This document shows positions 39,744-49,930 of a stretch of DNA of 64,000 bases, one piece after another (positions within the stretch are counted from its first letter, which is position 1; each line of letters opens with the position of its first letter). The translations under genes and the position numbers were made by a program. The notes under the pieces are model-generated. The model saw only the letters and a list, made by a program, of their open reading frames with translations. It made no database searches and was not told the DNA's origin. Origin of the DNA: Sedimentisphaerales bacterium (GTDB lineage Bacteria; Planctomycetota; Phycisphaerae; Sedimentisphaerales; SM23-30); NCBI GenBank assembly GCA_963663805.2, contig CAXXMR010000009.1:160001-224000 (forward strand). Reading direction: 5' to 3'.

Positions 39744-41192
39744 CAATCCTGTTCGGCACATTTATTGCTTTAGGCTTTTGGCCTCCTGTATTTTTTTTAA
39801 AAAAAACCCGAAATGTTAAGATAGGTAATTTGCGCTCGAGGGATATTTATGCTCTAATAGGAGGCATGAGTGCTAAGCGTCAGAAAATCAAGGAGCGGGA
39901 CCTGCGTGGGTTCAAGTATTTCAAGTCCCTCTCGGCTCTGCTGAAAGGTCTTCACTCGGCGGGATGTGAGCGGGACCGGGCCGGCAATCGCACATTATTC
40001 ATGGACCAGTATGTCAGTCTGCTGCTGTTATACATGTTCAATCCGATCTGCAGTTCCATCCGGTCTTTGCAGCAGGCCGGCGAGCTCAAAAAGGTACAGC
40101 GGCTGTTGGGTTGTTCGCGTGCTTCGCTGGGTTCGCTTTCGGAAGCATCCCGGGTTTTTGAGAGTTCTTTGTTAGAGCCGATAATCGCTCAACTCACTGA
40201 GCAGTTAGGGCCGATATCTCAGGACAAAAAACTGGAAGTCGGTCAGGTCATTACCCTGGTGGACGGCAGCAGTATTCAGGCTTTGCAAAAACTCACTCAG
40301 GCTGCCTGGGACACCGACAAACCCGGAATTAAAGCACACACTCAGTTTGATCTGGAAAAATATGTGCCTCTGAAAATAAATATCAGTGAAGACAAGTCTG
40401 ATGAGCGAAAGGTTTTTTTAGAGAATCTTCAGCCCGGCCGGATTTATGTCAATGATCGCGGATATGCCTGTTTTAAGCTGTTTCAGGCCATTGTGGATAG
40501 TAAAAGCTCTTTTGTCTGTCGGCTGCGTGAGGATACGGTTTACGAAACTATTCAGGAAAAACCTTTAACTGAAGATGCTCGAAAAGCGGGGATAATTTTT
40601 GATCGTACGGTAATCGCCGGCAGCAGTGAAAAACTGCGGGAAGATTTCAAACAACCGTTACGCCTGATAGCGGTTGAATGTCAACCGCATTTGAAACGGG
40701 GCCAGGGACCACGTCAGAGTGAGATGATTTTGATTGCCACCGACCGGCTGGACCTGGACGCCGAAGTCATTGCCCTGCTCTATCAGAAACGCTGGGCCAT
40801 CGAAATATTTTTCCGCTTTTTTAAGCATGTGCTGGGCTGCCGACATCTGCTAAGCCTCTGCGAAAACGGTATCGAACTACAGATGTACGCCGCGATTATC
40901 GCCTGTATGCTGATCAGCCTGTGGACGGGCAAAAAACCAACTTTAAGAACCTACGAAATGCTCTGCTGGCACCTCTGCGGCATGGCCGACGAGCAAGAAA
41001 TGCAGAACCATATCAATAAACTCCAAAGCCAAAACTAAGGCCGATCCTCAAAAAAATCGCCGCTGCCGCTGATGCTGCGCCAAAATAACCAGTGCCGACA
41101 GTCCCACTGAGGGATAATCCCCGCTAAATCATATGAACTGCAAAGACCACAGAAAAACTGTATTTGAGCAATAAATGTGCCGAACAGGATTG
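39744..41192 (+). mobile_element. IS4-family insertion sequence
   Basis: Perfect 26-bp IRs CAATCCTGTTCGGCACATTTATTGCT (39744-39769; 41167-41192); no target duplication seen. Confidence 0.92.
39866..41038 (+). CDS. IS4-family DDE transposase
   Basis: GGAGG RBS; LVDGS, NDRGY, YQKRWAIEIFFRFFK (YREK motif). Confidence 0.92.
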   Translation: MSAKRQKIKERDLRGFKYFKSLSALLKGLHSAGCERDRAGNRTLFMDQYVSLLLLYMFNPICSSIRSLQQAGELKKVQRLLGCSRASLGSLSEASRVFESSLLEPIIAQLTEQLGPISQDKKLEVGQVITLVDGSSIQALQKLTQAAWDTDKPGIKAHTQFDLEKYVPLKINISEDKSDERKVFLENLQPGRIYVNDRGYACFKLFQAIVDSKSSFVCRLREDTVYETIQEKPLTEDARKAGIIFDRTVIAGSSEKLREDFKQPLRLIAVECQPHLKRGQGPRQSEMILIATDRLDLDAEVIALLYQKRWAIEIFFRFFKHVLGCRHLLSLCENGIELQMYAAIIACMLISLWTGKKPTLRTYEMLCWHLCGMADEQEMQNHINKLQSQN

Positions 41193-41247
41193 ATTTTTGG
41201 ACGAGAAATCAGGGGGATATGTGTGATTTTGGGGGGCGGGTTATTAA

Positions 41248-43232
41248 CCCCAATTTCTCACTTAAGGGGTAAAAAGTGGATTTTTGGCTCCTTCAGGGCT
41301 GTTGGTCTGTCGCCAACAGTGGTGTTATTTTTTGAGCTGACCGCTGTATATTTTCGGTGGCTTTTGCGGCGGCATTTCCATCTTCAAATGGTATAGCAGC
41401 AATTTCTGATCGCCATCGGGCTCGGTATATCTCTGCATCAGCAGAGTCCTGCCGTCCTGGGTTTCAAAGGACACATCGAGCATCTGGATTCGTGACATTG
41501 TTTCCAAAACGGCCTGGCTGGTTATCCCGCAGGCACTGGCCCGCAGTCTGTGTCTCAAGGTCACTTGCAGACAATAGCTCATAAACGCTACAAACACGTG
41601 AGCATCGACCCGGTCTTCTTTATGGTGATAGACCGGCCGAACACCCAGATCGCTTTTGAGCTCCCGGAACGCTTGTTCTACATTACATTGCAGCATATAC
41701 TCCTGCCAAAGCTCTATGCCATTCTTTCCGGTTTGATTGGTACGCAAAAAGTATGTGCCGTCACGATAAATCATTTCTCGGTATTTGTTCCTATCGAATT
41801 TATAATCAAACTCACCTTCCTCAATTCTTTCCTTTGGTTTTGGAATTGTAAGAGTAACGCATTTATACGAACTGCCAGCATGATGTTTGAGTTTGCCCAG
41901 CCTTTGCATAAAACGGGCGTAATCACGATATTTCTTCAGCTTCTCCAGACCTTCCAGATAGTCACGCAGCTTGCGCTTACGCATAGCCCGTTCTTTAGCC
42001 ATCCGCTCTTTGCTGCGGGCTAGAACATAACATTCACCATCTTTTTCGATATGCTTTATGCGAACACTGTCATTTACATCATGCCAGTTTTTCACCGAGA
42101 GTTCTTTTGAGAATTCATCCAGTAATTTACGAGGAGTACCAACAAGGTAACCAATGTCATTATCACGCATGTGCTCAAGTACCGCTTCTGTGGGGATACC
42201 CCGGTCCATCAGCCAAACCCTGCCGACTTGGCCGTATTTTGACTCTATCTTGTTCAATAACGGCTTTAGCGTGGTTTTCTCCGAGGTATTACCCGCCCAG
42301 ATTTCATAATTAATCGGAAAGCCATCGGGCGTAACTACCAAAGCTATCAGAATCTGCCGACAATCACTTCTGCGATCTTTGCTATGACCAAATTTGGCTT
42401 TAGGATTCTGTTTGCATAATCCCTCAAAATACGTACTGGTGATATCGTAAAGCAAAATATCGTATTCCAGATTGAACATCATCTGCCAGGTATCTTTCAG
42501 ATAAGAGCAAAGCTCCTCTTTGTAGGGCAATATCCTGTCCAGGCAGCGGTAAAGCCGGTTCTTTTCGGCAACCTCAAAATCACAGTCCAGCAATACATCC
42601 ATTGCGGTTTGAGTAAACCAGTGCTGATGAACATAAAACTCCGCGCCGGGTTTGATAAGACGATTTACCGTCAATAATTTAACGACTTTGGAATACTCCA
42701 CCGAAGATCTTTCGGTGTCTATACGAGCGGACCAGAATTTATCCAGCCCAAGAGTATCCCATATCTCACAGCCCAGCCAACAGTCACCAAATGTTCGGGG
42801 GTTTTCCAGCCGCATCTTTGATAATTTCACGGCAATGGTATCGACATCATGGTGGGCATGATTATCCTGGTCATAAGCAAACAATGATTTGCGGACAGGC
42901 TGGTTATCCTCGTTGATTATCTCAATAGACTTTTCCCAGGACTTCTTTTGCGAATCGGAAATCTCCCCGAGATACAGAACCATCTTCTCCACATAACGAC
43001 CGCGCGAGACTTTACGCTTCTCAGCTATGCTGTAGTAGGTGTTGTACTTGCCGTTCTTCTTTCGCTTGTGCTTCTTCAGGTACATGCACATATTATCGCG
43101 GCTGAAAAACACCTGGCAATAGGGCAGGTCTGTACCAGAGCCAATATCGAACTAAAATCGCCGCTTACAACTCAAAATCACAGAAAATATTTTTATTTTT
43201 GACGGTTTTGACCGCTAAGTGAGAAATTGGGG
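41248..43232 (-). mobile_element. IS1634-family insertion sequence
   Basis: 17-bp IRs CCCCAATTTCTCACTTA / TAAGTGAGAAATTGGGG, flanked on both sides by TTAA. Confidence 0.9.
41325..43085 (-). CDS. IS1634-family transposase
   Basis: LYDITSTYFEG, GHSKDRRSD, MDRGI, VEQAFRELK, RPVYH, HVFVAF. Confidence 0.92.
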   Translation of the reverse strand: MYLKKHKRKKNGKYNTYYSIAEKRKVSRGRYVEKMVLYLGEISDSQKKSWEKSIEIINEDNQPVRKSLFAYDQDNHAHHDVDTIAVKLSKMRLENPRTFGDCWLGCEIWDTLGLDKFWSARIDTERSSVEYSKVVKLLTVNRLIKPGAEFYVHQHWFTQTAMDVLLDCDFEVAEKNRLYRCLDRILPYKEELCSYLKDTWQMMFNLEYDILLYDITSTYFEGLCKQNPKAKFGHSKDRRSDCRQILIALVVTPDGFPINYEIWAGNTSEKTTLKPLLNKIESKYGQVGRVWLMDRGIPTEAVLEHMRDNDIGYLVGTPRKLLDEFSKELSVKNWHDVNDSVRIKHIEKDGECYVLARSKERMAKERAMRKRKLRDYLEGLEKLKKYRDYARFMQRLGKLKHHAGSSYKCVTLTIPKPKERIEEGEFDYKFDRNKYREMIYRDGTYFLRTNQTGKNGIELWQEYMLQCNVEQAFRELKSDLGVRPVYHHKEDRVDAHVFVAFMSYCLQVTLRHRLRASACGITSQAVLETMSRIQMLDVSFETQDGRTLLMQRYTEPDGDQKLLLYHLKMEMPPQKPPKIYSGQLKK

Positions 43233-43248
43233 TTAAGTCCGGCGATTT

Positions 43249-44433
43249 TTATTTGAACTTCATTAGATTGAAATTGTTCTTGGCGAAGATGTACCAGGCA
43301 CAGACGGAGATGAAACCTTTCTTGCAGTCTACCCAGTCGTAACCACCCAGGTTATTAAAGGTGTATGGTAAGGCTTTGGTTTTGACGCCGTTGATGGTGC
43401 GGTCGATAAGGAACGCGTCCATCTGGTCGGCGTAGAAAAAGCCTCGATGTTTGTCAGCACAGGTTACGAAGGCGCAGGCGATATGGCCTGAGCCGTCCAA
43501 CCAGATATTATTCACATCGACCGGGCCGTGGAAGAATCCTACGGCTTTTTGGCCGTTGACTGTGAGAGTTTTGCGATAGCGGCTGTCTTGTTCGGGATAG
43601 TCCAGCAGGGCAGGGGGGGCCTGGCCTGCCATGGTTCGCCAGGTGTAAAGGTCCAGAGGTAAATCGGTTCGGCCCTGGAGTTCGATATTTATCCAGGTAT
43701 TGATTTTGGCGGCGAGCTCATGTTCTCCGAGCATGGTAAAGAGGGCATAGCAGTCGATATTGCCCTCGTGATGGCCGTAGGGCATGTGCAGCTTACTGTC
43801 GCCTTTGCGCCAGCCGTGCTGGATATATCCGCCGCCGCGGGGGTCGTCGATGTACCAGGAGATGAGCAGGTCTTTGATGAGCTTCTGGATGTGATTATAT
43901 TTGTCTGATTTATATTTGGTGCGGTAATATTCATAGGTGAAATCGAGCCAGACCATATCGCCCATCCATCGGTCAGATTTGTTGGTTTGATGATAGGCCT
44001 TGACGTTTGTAAGCTCGCCGTCCAGGGCTCCGGCGTCGTCGCTGGCTTTATAATCACGCAGGGCGACATACTGAAAGAACCCGCGAGCCTCGCCATTATA
44101 ATAGAAATTTTGAAGGTTGGGGTCTTTATTGTCAATATCGGTAGCGTGGGCATAGAAATCAAGAATGCGTTCGGCCCGTTCGCGTTCATCCTCAATTATA
44201 AAAGCCGCGGCGACCAGGGCGTTATTGAAGGTCTGGGCCTGTAGACCCTCCATCGAGGGTAAGAGCTGCTTTTCGGGGGAGGAGCTGTCCTGTATCTGGA
44301 TTAGATATTGCAGAACAAGCGGGTCTTCCGGGGCCATGGTTTCACTGCGGCGTTGGGCGAATCCGAAATTATCTGCCGCAAGCGAAACTGCCGTACCGGC
44401 TAGAACGAACATGATTGATATGAATAGTCTCAT
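43249..44433 (-). CDS. Secreted hypothetical protein, possible (alpha/alpha) barrel glycoside hydrolase
   Basis: Signal peptide; helical pattern with FNNAL, AERILD, WMGDMVW, HEGNID, IWLDG; last gene of the GH144 operon. The fold is an inference. Confidence 0.55.
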   Translation of the reverse strand: MRLFISIMFVLAGTAVSLAADNFGFAQRRSETMAPEDPLVLQYLIQIQDSSSPEKQLLPSMEGLQAQTFNNALVAAAFIIEDERERAERILDFYAHATDIDNKDPNLQNFYYNGEARGFFQYVALRDYKASDDAGALDGELTNVKAYHQTNKSDRWMGDMVWLDFTYEYYRTKYKSDKYNHIQKLIKDLLISWYIDDPRGGGYIQHGWRKGDSKLHMPYGHHEGNIDCYALFTMLGEHELAAKINTWINIELQGRTDLPLDLYTWRTMAGQAPPALLDYPEQDSRYRKTLTVNGQKAVGFFHGPVDVNNIWLDGSGHIACAFVTCADKHRGFFYADQMDAFLIDRTINGVKTKALPYTFNNLGGYDWVDCKKGFISVCAWYIFAKNNFNLMKFK

Positions 44434-44517
44434 TGTTGAGGGTTCTCCTAACTCAGATAAACTGGAAATTCTAAACTACAAACAACGGAAATATTTAGCC
44501 GCGGATTACACGGTTTT

Positions 44518-44554
44518 TTAACGGCACCGCTTACTTACGTGCGCGGCTCTGATA
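44518..44554. repeat. Dispersed intergenic repeat (REP-like), copy 2
   Basis: TTAACGGCACCGCTTACTTACGTGCGCGGCTCTGATA, 35/37 identical to 14858-14894. Confidence 0.8.
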
Positions 44555-44601
44555 AATTGTGGCCATTTTGCGCAAAAATTCATTTTTAAGAGACTATTGT
44601 C

Positions 44602-47200
44602 TCACGGCATCCATTCGGAGGCTATATTCGCGAAATCATCGAGGTAAAATGTGGTTAGCCACTGTTCGGCCAGGATAGCGAGGTCGTCCATATTGACCTG
44701 GCAATCACTGTTGAAATCGCTGGTCGAATCACAGCGATACAGGATGTTGACCGGCAGGGTTTGTTTGCTTAGGCTCGGCCCGCTGTAGCTTACGTTCAGG
44801 GCCTGGTCGCCGTCATATTCGAAATATTCCACCCGGAGGCTATATTTTCCCTTGGGCAGATAAGCACTGCCGGAAACTTCGGTTTGGGCATGGTTGCCGT
44901 CATTATCGACGATAAGGTAATTGTTAAGATAGAGCCGGCTGCCGTCGTCACTGTCCAGATAGAAAGTATAAGTTCCGCTGGCCTTTATTTCTATGAATCC
45001 GGTAAATCGGAAGGCGAAATGGTCTTCGTTGTTATTAATTCGGATGTCGCAATTATGAATGGTTCCCTGTTTTACTGGAGTTAGGCTGTCAAAGTCGGGC
45101 AGGGTGGTCCAGGTGCCTTCGTAGTATTGGTAGTTGAGGCCGGTATCGGTGCCAACCGCCCAGCCGAGGTTTTCCAGAGTGGGGACAATCTCCGGGTTGG
45201 CCATGAACATGTCCCAGCACAAACCGGTACGGTAATTTTCAATCATCACCGCGATGGGCCCCTGGTCGATAGCGAGGTATTCATGGGCACTCCAGCTTTG
45301 GCCGAGATGGAAGGAGTCATAAAATCCGAACGGTCCCCAGAGGAAATCTCCGTAAGTATGATACCAGTATTTCAGCGTCTCGATGGATTCATCCGGCGTG
45401 TAAGCGATAGAGCCAATCGCGGCGGTAGGGGCGATAGTGCCATTGTCAGCGCCGCCGGGAGCGTGAGCGTAATAGCTCCAGGGATTCATGCTCGCGGTCA
45501 GGCCCCAGACCACATCACTATAACCGGTCATGCCATTAGGATTGTCGATACAATAGGCCCGGTCGATAAGGGCGATATGACGGCTGTTAGCGAAATGATT
45601 GCAGTAGGCATCGCTGGTAATCCGCGGGTCGAGTCCCAGAAAAGGATAGTGCGTCCAGAACATGGGCGTTTCGAAAGGCTGGACCCATTGAAAATAACCG
45701 TAATGATTTTCGCTCACGAGATAATTTCCGACACCAGCGAAGCCATCATAATAACACGACGCGGGAATCGGGTACGTGGGTGAGGCGATCGCCAGAATAT
45801 AAACAATCATGGTCTCGCCGCCGCCAAAAGAAAAACTGCTTTCCCAGCCGTTATCAGGCCGACCACAGCCACCAGAGGCGTTTGCCGTCTGTCTCATAAG
45901 GCCGGCGGAAAAAGTTCCATTCGACTTCCTCGTAAAGCTGAGTGGCGACAGAGCGAATAGCGTTTTCGGTGGAGTTGTCCGCGTCGAAAAATTGTCGGGC
46001 GGTTAGTATCCCCTGAATCATAAACGCTGTTTCGATAATATCGACGCTGTCAATCGGATTGCCCAACAAGTCCTGAGCGGCGGGCAGTAGTTCTCCGCTG
46101 CTGCCGTCGAACCAATGCGACCAGGCGCCGTGATAGCGTACGGTTCCGTCCCGCAAAAACATCATCATTTTCAAAATACGTTTGGCTGCTTCAGTGCGAC
46201 TGACGAACCCCTGCTGTACCCCGCCGCAAATCGCCATAATGCCAAAACCTGACCCGCCGGTCGTGACATGGTCGCGTGACCAGGTATGCGAGCGTTCCCT
46301 TGCCAAACCGGAAACCGGATGGCCGAAGTCCCAGAAGTATCTAAAGGTTGCTTCCTGGACCGAAAGTACCAGTTCGTCGTCGGTCAGGGCATAGGTCGTG
46401 CCCGACACCACCGCCGAGGGTGCCGACTCACTGCCGCCGCATACCGCTGTTACGTAATAAGAACGCGTCAGGCCGTTACTGCCCAGAAAATCGGTGAAGA
46501 CCGTATAGGTATGCAAGTCCGAGTTAATCTTAGTGAATGGTCCGCCGGTGACATCCTGCCGGTAAATATTGTAACCTTCCAGATTAGACAAATCTACCGC
46601 TCGCCAGCGCAGGTCAATTCGACTGTCATAGCCTGTCGCGACTACTTCGTCGGGCACATTGCTTATCAGGCGGATATAGTCAATATACATGGTTCCGTTG
46701 TCGCTGCCGTAATTCTCGATTACCAGCGAGGAAATATGGTCCAGCGTACCGGCGGCGAAACTGCTTACATCCATCTCGACGGTGAACCATTTGTCGTGTG
46801 CGGTCGGGACCAGATTACCGCCGGCCCAATGGCCGCTCAGCCAGTTGTCGCTCCAGAACCCGATAACCCCGTTAGTTTCAAAAAGCGAGGCTCCATCAGG
46901 AATCAGGACATCGATTTTGATTTTATTGAACCCGTCCAGATTATAATTCAGCCCGCCCTGATAAACTTCCACTTTATGGTCCGTCTGACCGGTCCAATCA
47001 ATCTTCAGGACATAATCCCCCTCAGTCGCGAATGGTACGCTGCCTATGCCGCCAGCTAATTTGGTAATTGTCTGTACCTCAGATGAGGATACCACCAGCG
47101 CAGTTTCGTCTGATTCGTAGCTGGCGACGGTATATTCACCGGCCCGGACCAGTCCTGTCCACGCGAAAACAAATGCAAGGGCAAATATAAATTGTTTCAT
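44602..47200 (-). pseudogene. GH144-like beta-1,2-glucanase + FN3 + PA14 + dockerin, split by a one-base insertion (real or sequencing error)
   Basis: ORFs 45854-47200 and 44602-45897 are colinear with paralogue 47211-49841; deleting one C at 45859-45860 gives WWLWSPDNGW, matching WWHWSPNYGW. Confidence 0.85.
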
Positions 47201-47210
47201 CCAACAAATC

Positions 47211-49841
47211 CTATTCCAGACCGACCAGCCAATTATAGGAAATATCGCTGAAATTTTCCATATCATAAGGCACCAGCCAATATTCCGCCAATTGCTGCAA
47301 ATCTTCCATGTTGACATTACAATTTCCGGTCAGGTCGCCGGTGAGGTTGCATCTCAGCAGCAGGTTATTTGGTATCGATTGGCGGGGCATATCGATTGTC
47401 TCATATTCAACCGTTAAGGAATGGCTGCCCGTCCGGTCGAAATACGTCACCGTGATGGGATGCAGGCCGGCCTCCAAAGCGATACAGCCCCACAAAGGCG
47501 GGTCGGCTGAATGCTGCCCGTCATGGTCCACCACGAGCTTGTCACCAATATAAAGCCGACTGCCGTCATCGGAGGCGAGGTAGAAATAATACGTATCTTC
47601 TTCAAGGATATTGATGTACCCACTAAACCGCATGGCAAAATAGTCATCACGATTACGAGGTATAAGCGAAAAATTACTAATCAAACCAGTTTCGACAGGT
47701 GTCAGGGTATCAAAGTCCGGCAGTGAATACCAGCCGCCTTCATAGTACTCATAAAGCAGTCCATTGGCGGTTTCCGGGACATTCATGGGGGCTTTACTGC
47801 CGCGTTGGAAGCCGACCGCGTCCATCATGTTGGTGATTTCCGGGTTGGCCATAAACATATTCCAGCACAGCCCGGTAAGATGATTCTCTATCATGGGGGC
47901 GATAGTGCCCTGGTCGATGGCGATATAACCATTGGCATACCAGTTTTCGCTGGGATTGAACGCATCCACAAAACCAAAGTGTCCCCACAGATTCTCGCCG
48001 TAAGTGTTGTATATGTGACGCATCGCCGCGGTTGATTCCACTGGTGTATAGGGCAGGGCACTGGCGCAGGCTGTCGGCGTAATCGTTCCGCCGTATTCCC
48101 AGTCGATAGTAGGGGAGTTGGCTCGATAGCCCCAGGGGGTCGCACTTGCGGTCAGCCCCCAGACCAGATTACTGTAATCGGTGTGGCCGTGGGGGTTCGC
48201 TTCACAATAGGCCCGGTGAGTCAAAGTTGTGTTGCGGCAATTATCGAACATGTTGCAGATGCCGTCGTTTTTGTTGCGGGGGTCGAACGCCAATAAAGAA
48301 TAATGTGTAAAGAACAGCGGTTGTCCGCCCTTGCCGACCCACTGACGATAGCCGTAATAGGTATCGAAATTGCGATAGTAATCCGCCCGTGCCCAGCCGT
48401 TGCGGTAAGCACTTGCCGGCATGGGATGCGTCGGCGAAGCGATCGCCAGCAGATAAGCCATCATTGTTTCATCAAATCCGGTAATCGAATGGTTTATCAA
48501 CCAGCCGTAATTAGGCGACCAGTGCCACCATAGCGTATCACTGCCGGGGTCACGCCGATACCAGTCCCACTCAACGCCCTCCCAAAGCGAAGTAGCCGTA
48601 CTGCGAATCGCCTGTTCGACCGGATTATCGCCGTCGAAATACTGCCGGGCAATCAACATTCCCTCACATAGAAAGGCCGTCTCCACCAAATCCCCGCCGT
48701 CGTCCACTTCGCCAAAAGGTATAGTCTCGCCAGTCGTGCCGTTTATCATGTGTGACCAGGCACCGTGGTAGCGAGTGGTTTTTTCGTCGAGGAAGGTCAA
48801 CATTTTCAAGACCCGTTTGGCAGCGTCCAGTCGGTCAATAAACCCCTTCTCCGCCGCCACCACAATATTAGCGAAGCCGAAACCCGAGCCGCTCATGGTG
48901 CATAAATCCGACCAGGCCCAGGTAGCGTCCAGCGTCAGGCCACTGACCGGATGGCCGAAATCCCAGTGAAAGCGAAATGTTACCGACTGAACCGATTCCA
49001 GGAACTCTGCATCGGTCATGGCGTAGGTCGAAGCACTCACAACCGGCGACAACGCCGAGACGCCCCAGTCAAACTGGGTTTCAATCCGGTAATAATAAGT
49101 CAAACCGTTACTGCTGATATAATCACTGTAAAACGTGTACGGATGTGTCCCTGAATGAATTTTTGTGAAAGGCCCTGTCGCTGAATCTGACCGGTAAACA
49201 TTGTATCCCAGAACATTCCAGCTGGAGACCGGTTCCCAGTCAATGTCAATGCGTTGGTCCTGACCGGAAGCGACCGGGACGGGAATATCATTCGCCAGCC
49301 GAATATTATCGATATAAATCGTGCCGCTGTCCGCGCCGTAATCCTGGAAAACCAGCGCGGATATATGATTCAGATTGCCGGCGTTGAAAGACGACACCTG
49401 CATCTCTACCGTGAACCATTGGCCCGTTGCGGTTGGCACAATATTTCCGCCCGACCAGTTGTCCGGCAGCCAGTTACTGCTCCATATTCCAATTAGCCCG
49501 CTCGATTGAAATAAAGCACCGCCGTTGGGGATATAAACATCAATCAATATCCGTTCATATTCACCCAGGTCATAGTTTAGTCCGCCGTGATAACATTCGA
49601 CCTTGCGGTCAGATTGCCCCGTCCAGCTGAGCTTCAGGACATAAAGACCTTCGGCAGCAAAAGGCGCGTCCCCGGTTCCGCCCAGAACTTTCTGGATAGT
49701 ACTGATTTCGCCTGATGTTACCGTCAAAGACGTTTCCGACGGTTCATAACCAGCGACCAGATAGTCAGCGGCATGAACCGATTGAATACCCCAAATCGCT
49801 AAAGCTGAAATAAGCAGATATTGTTTAATACTGAAATTCAA
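47211..49841 (-). CDS. Secreted GH144-like endo-beta-1,2-glucanase with N-terminal beta-sandwich, FN3, PA14 and dockerin
   Basis: FHWDFGHPVSGL, GSGFG, RYHGAWSH, GGDLVETAF, DETMMAYLLAIASPTHP, WGLTAS, IAIDQG; LASDDGSRL PA14; GDLTGNCNVN dockerin. Confidence 0.88.
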   Translation of the reverse strand: MNFSIKQYLLISALAIWGIQSVHAADYLVAGYEPSETSLTVTSGEISTIQKVLGGTGDAPFAAEGLYVLKLSWTGQSDRKVECYHGGLNYDLGEYERILIDVYIPNGGALFQSSGLIGIWSSNWLPDNWSGGNIVPTATGQWFTVEMQVSSFNAGNLNHISALVFQDYGADSGTIYIDNIRLANDIPVPVASGQDQRIDIDWEPVSSWNVLGYNVYRSDSATGPFTKIHSGTHPYTFYSDYISSNGLTYYYRIETQFDWGVSALSPVVSASTYAMTDAEFLESVQSVTFRFHWDFGHPVSGLTLDATWAWSDLCTMSGSGFGFANIVVAAEKGFIDRLDAAKRVLKMLTFLDEKTTRYHGAWSHMINGTTGETIPFGEVDDGGDLVETAFLCEGMLIARQYFDGDNPVEQAIRSTATSLWEGVEWDWYRRDPGSDTLWWHWSPNYGWLINHSITGFDETMMAYLLAIASPTHPMPASAYRNGWARADYYRNFDTYYGYRQWVGKGGQPLFFTHYSLLAFDPRNKNDGICNMFDNCRNTTLTHRAYCEANPHGHTDYSNLVWGLTASATPWGYRANSPTIDWEYGGTITPTACASALPYTPVESTAAMRHIYNTYGENLWGHFGFVDAFNPSENWYANGYIAIDQGTIAPMIENHLTGLCWNMFMANPEITNMMDAVGFQRGSKAPMNVPETANGLLYEYYEGGWYSLPDFDTLTPVETGLISNFSLIPRNRDDYFAMRFSGYINILEEDTYYFYLASDDGSRLYIGDKLVVDHDGQHSADPPLWGCIALEAGLHPITVTYFDRTGSHSLTVEYETIDMPRQSIPNNLLLRCNLTGDLTGNCNVNMEDLQQLAEYWLVPYDMENFSDISYNWLVGLE

Positions 49842-49873
49842 AATAGATTCTCACCCAGGTTTATAAAGCCCGA

Positions 49874-49899
49874 CCGTCCCTCCGTTTTCGGAAGGACGG
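49874..49899 (-). terminator. Intergenic GC-rich stem-loop
   Basis: Minus strand CCGTCCTTCCG-AAAA-CGGAGGGACGG, between the LamG gene and the GH144 gene. Confidence 0.6.
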
Positions 49900-49930
49900 C
49901 CGTGCGTATTGTCAAAACATCCAATCCCAA

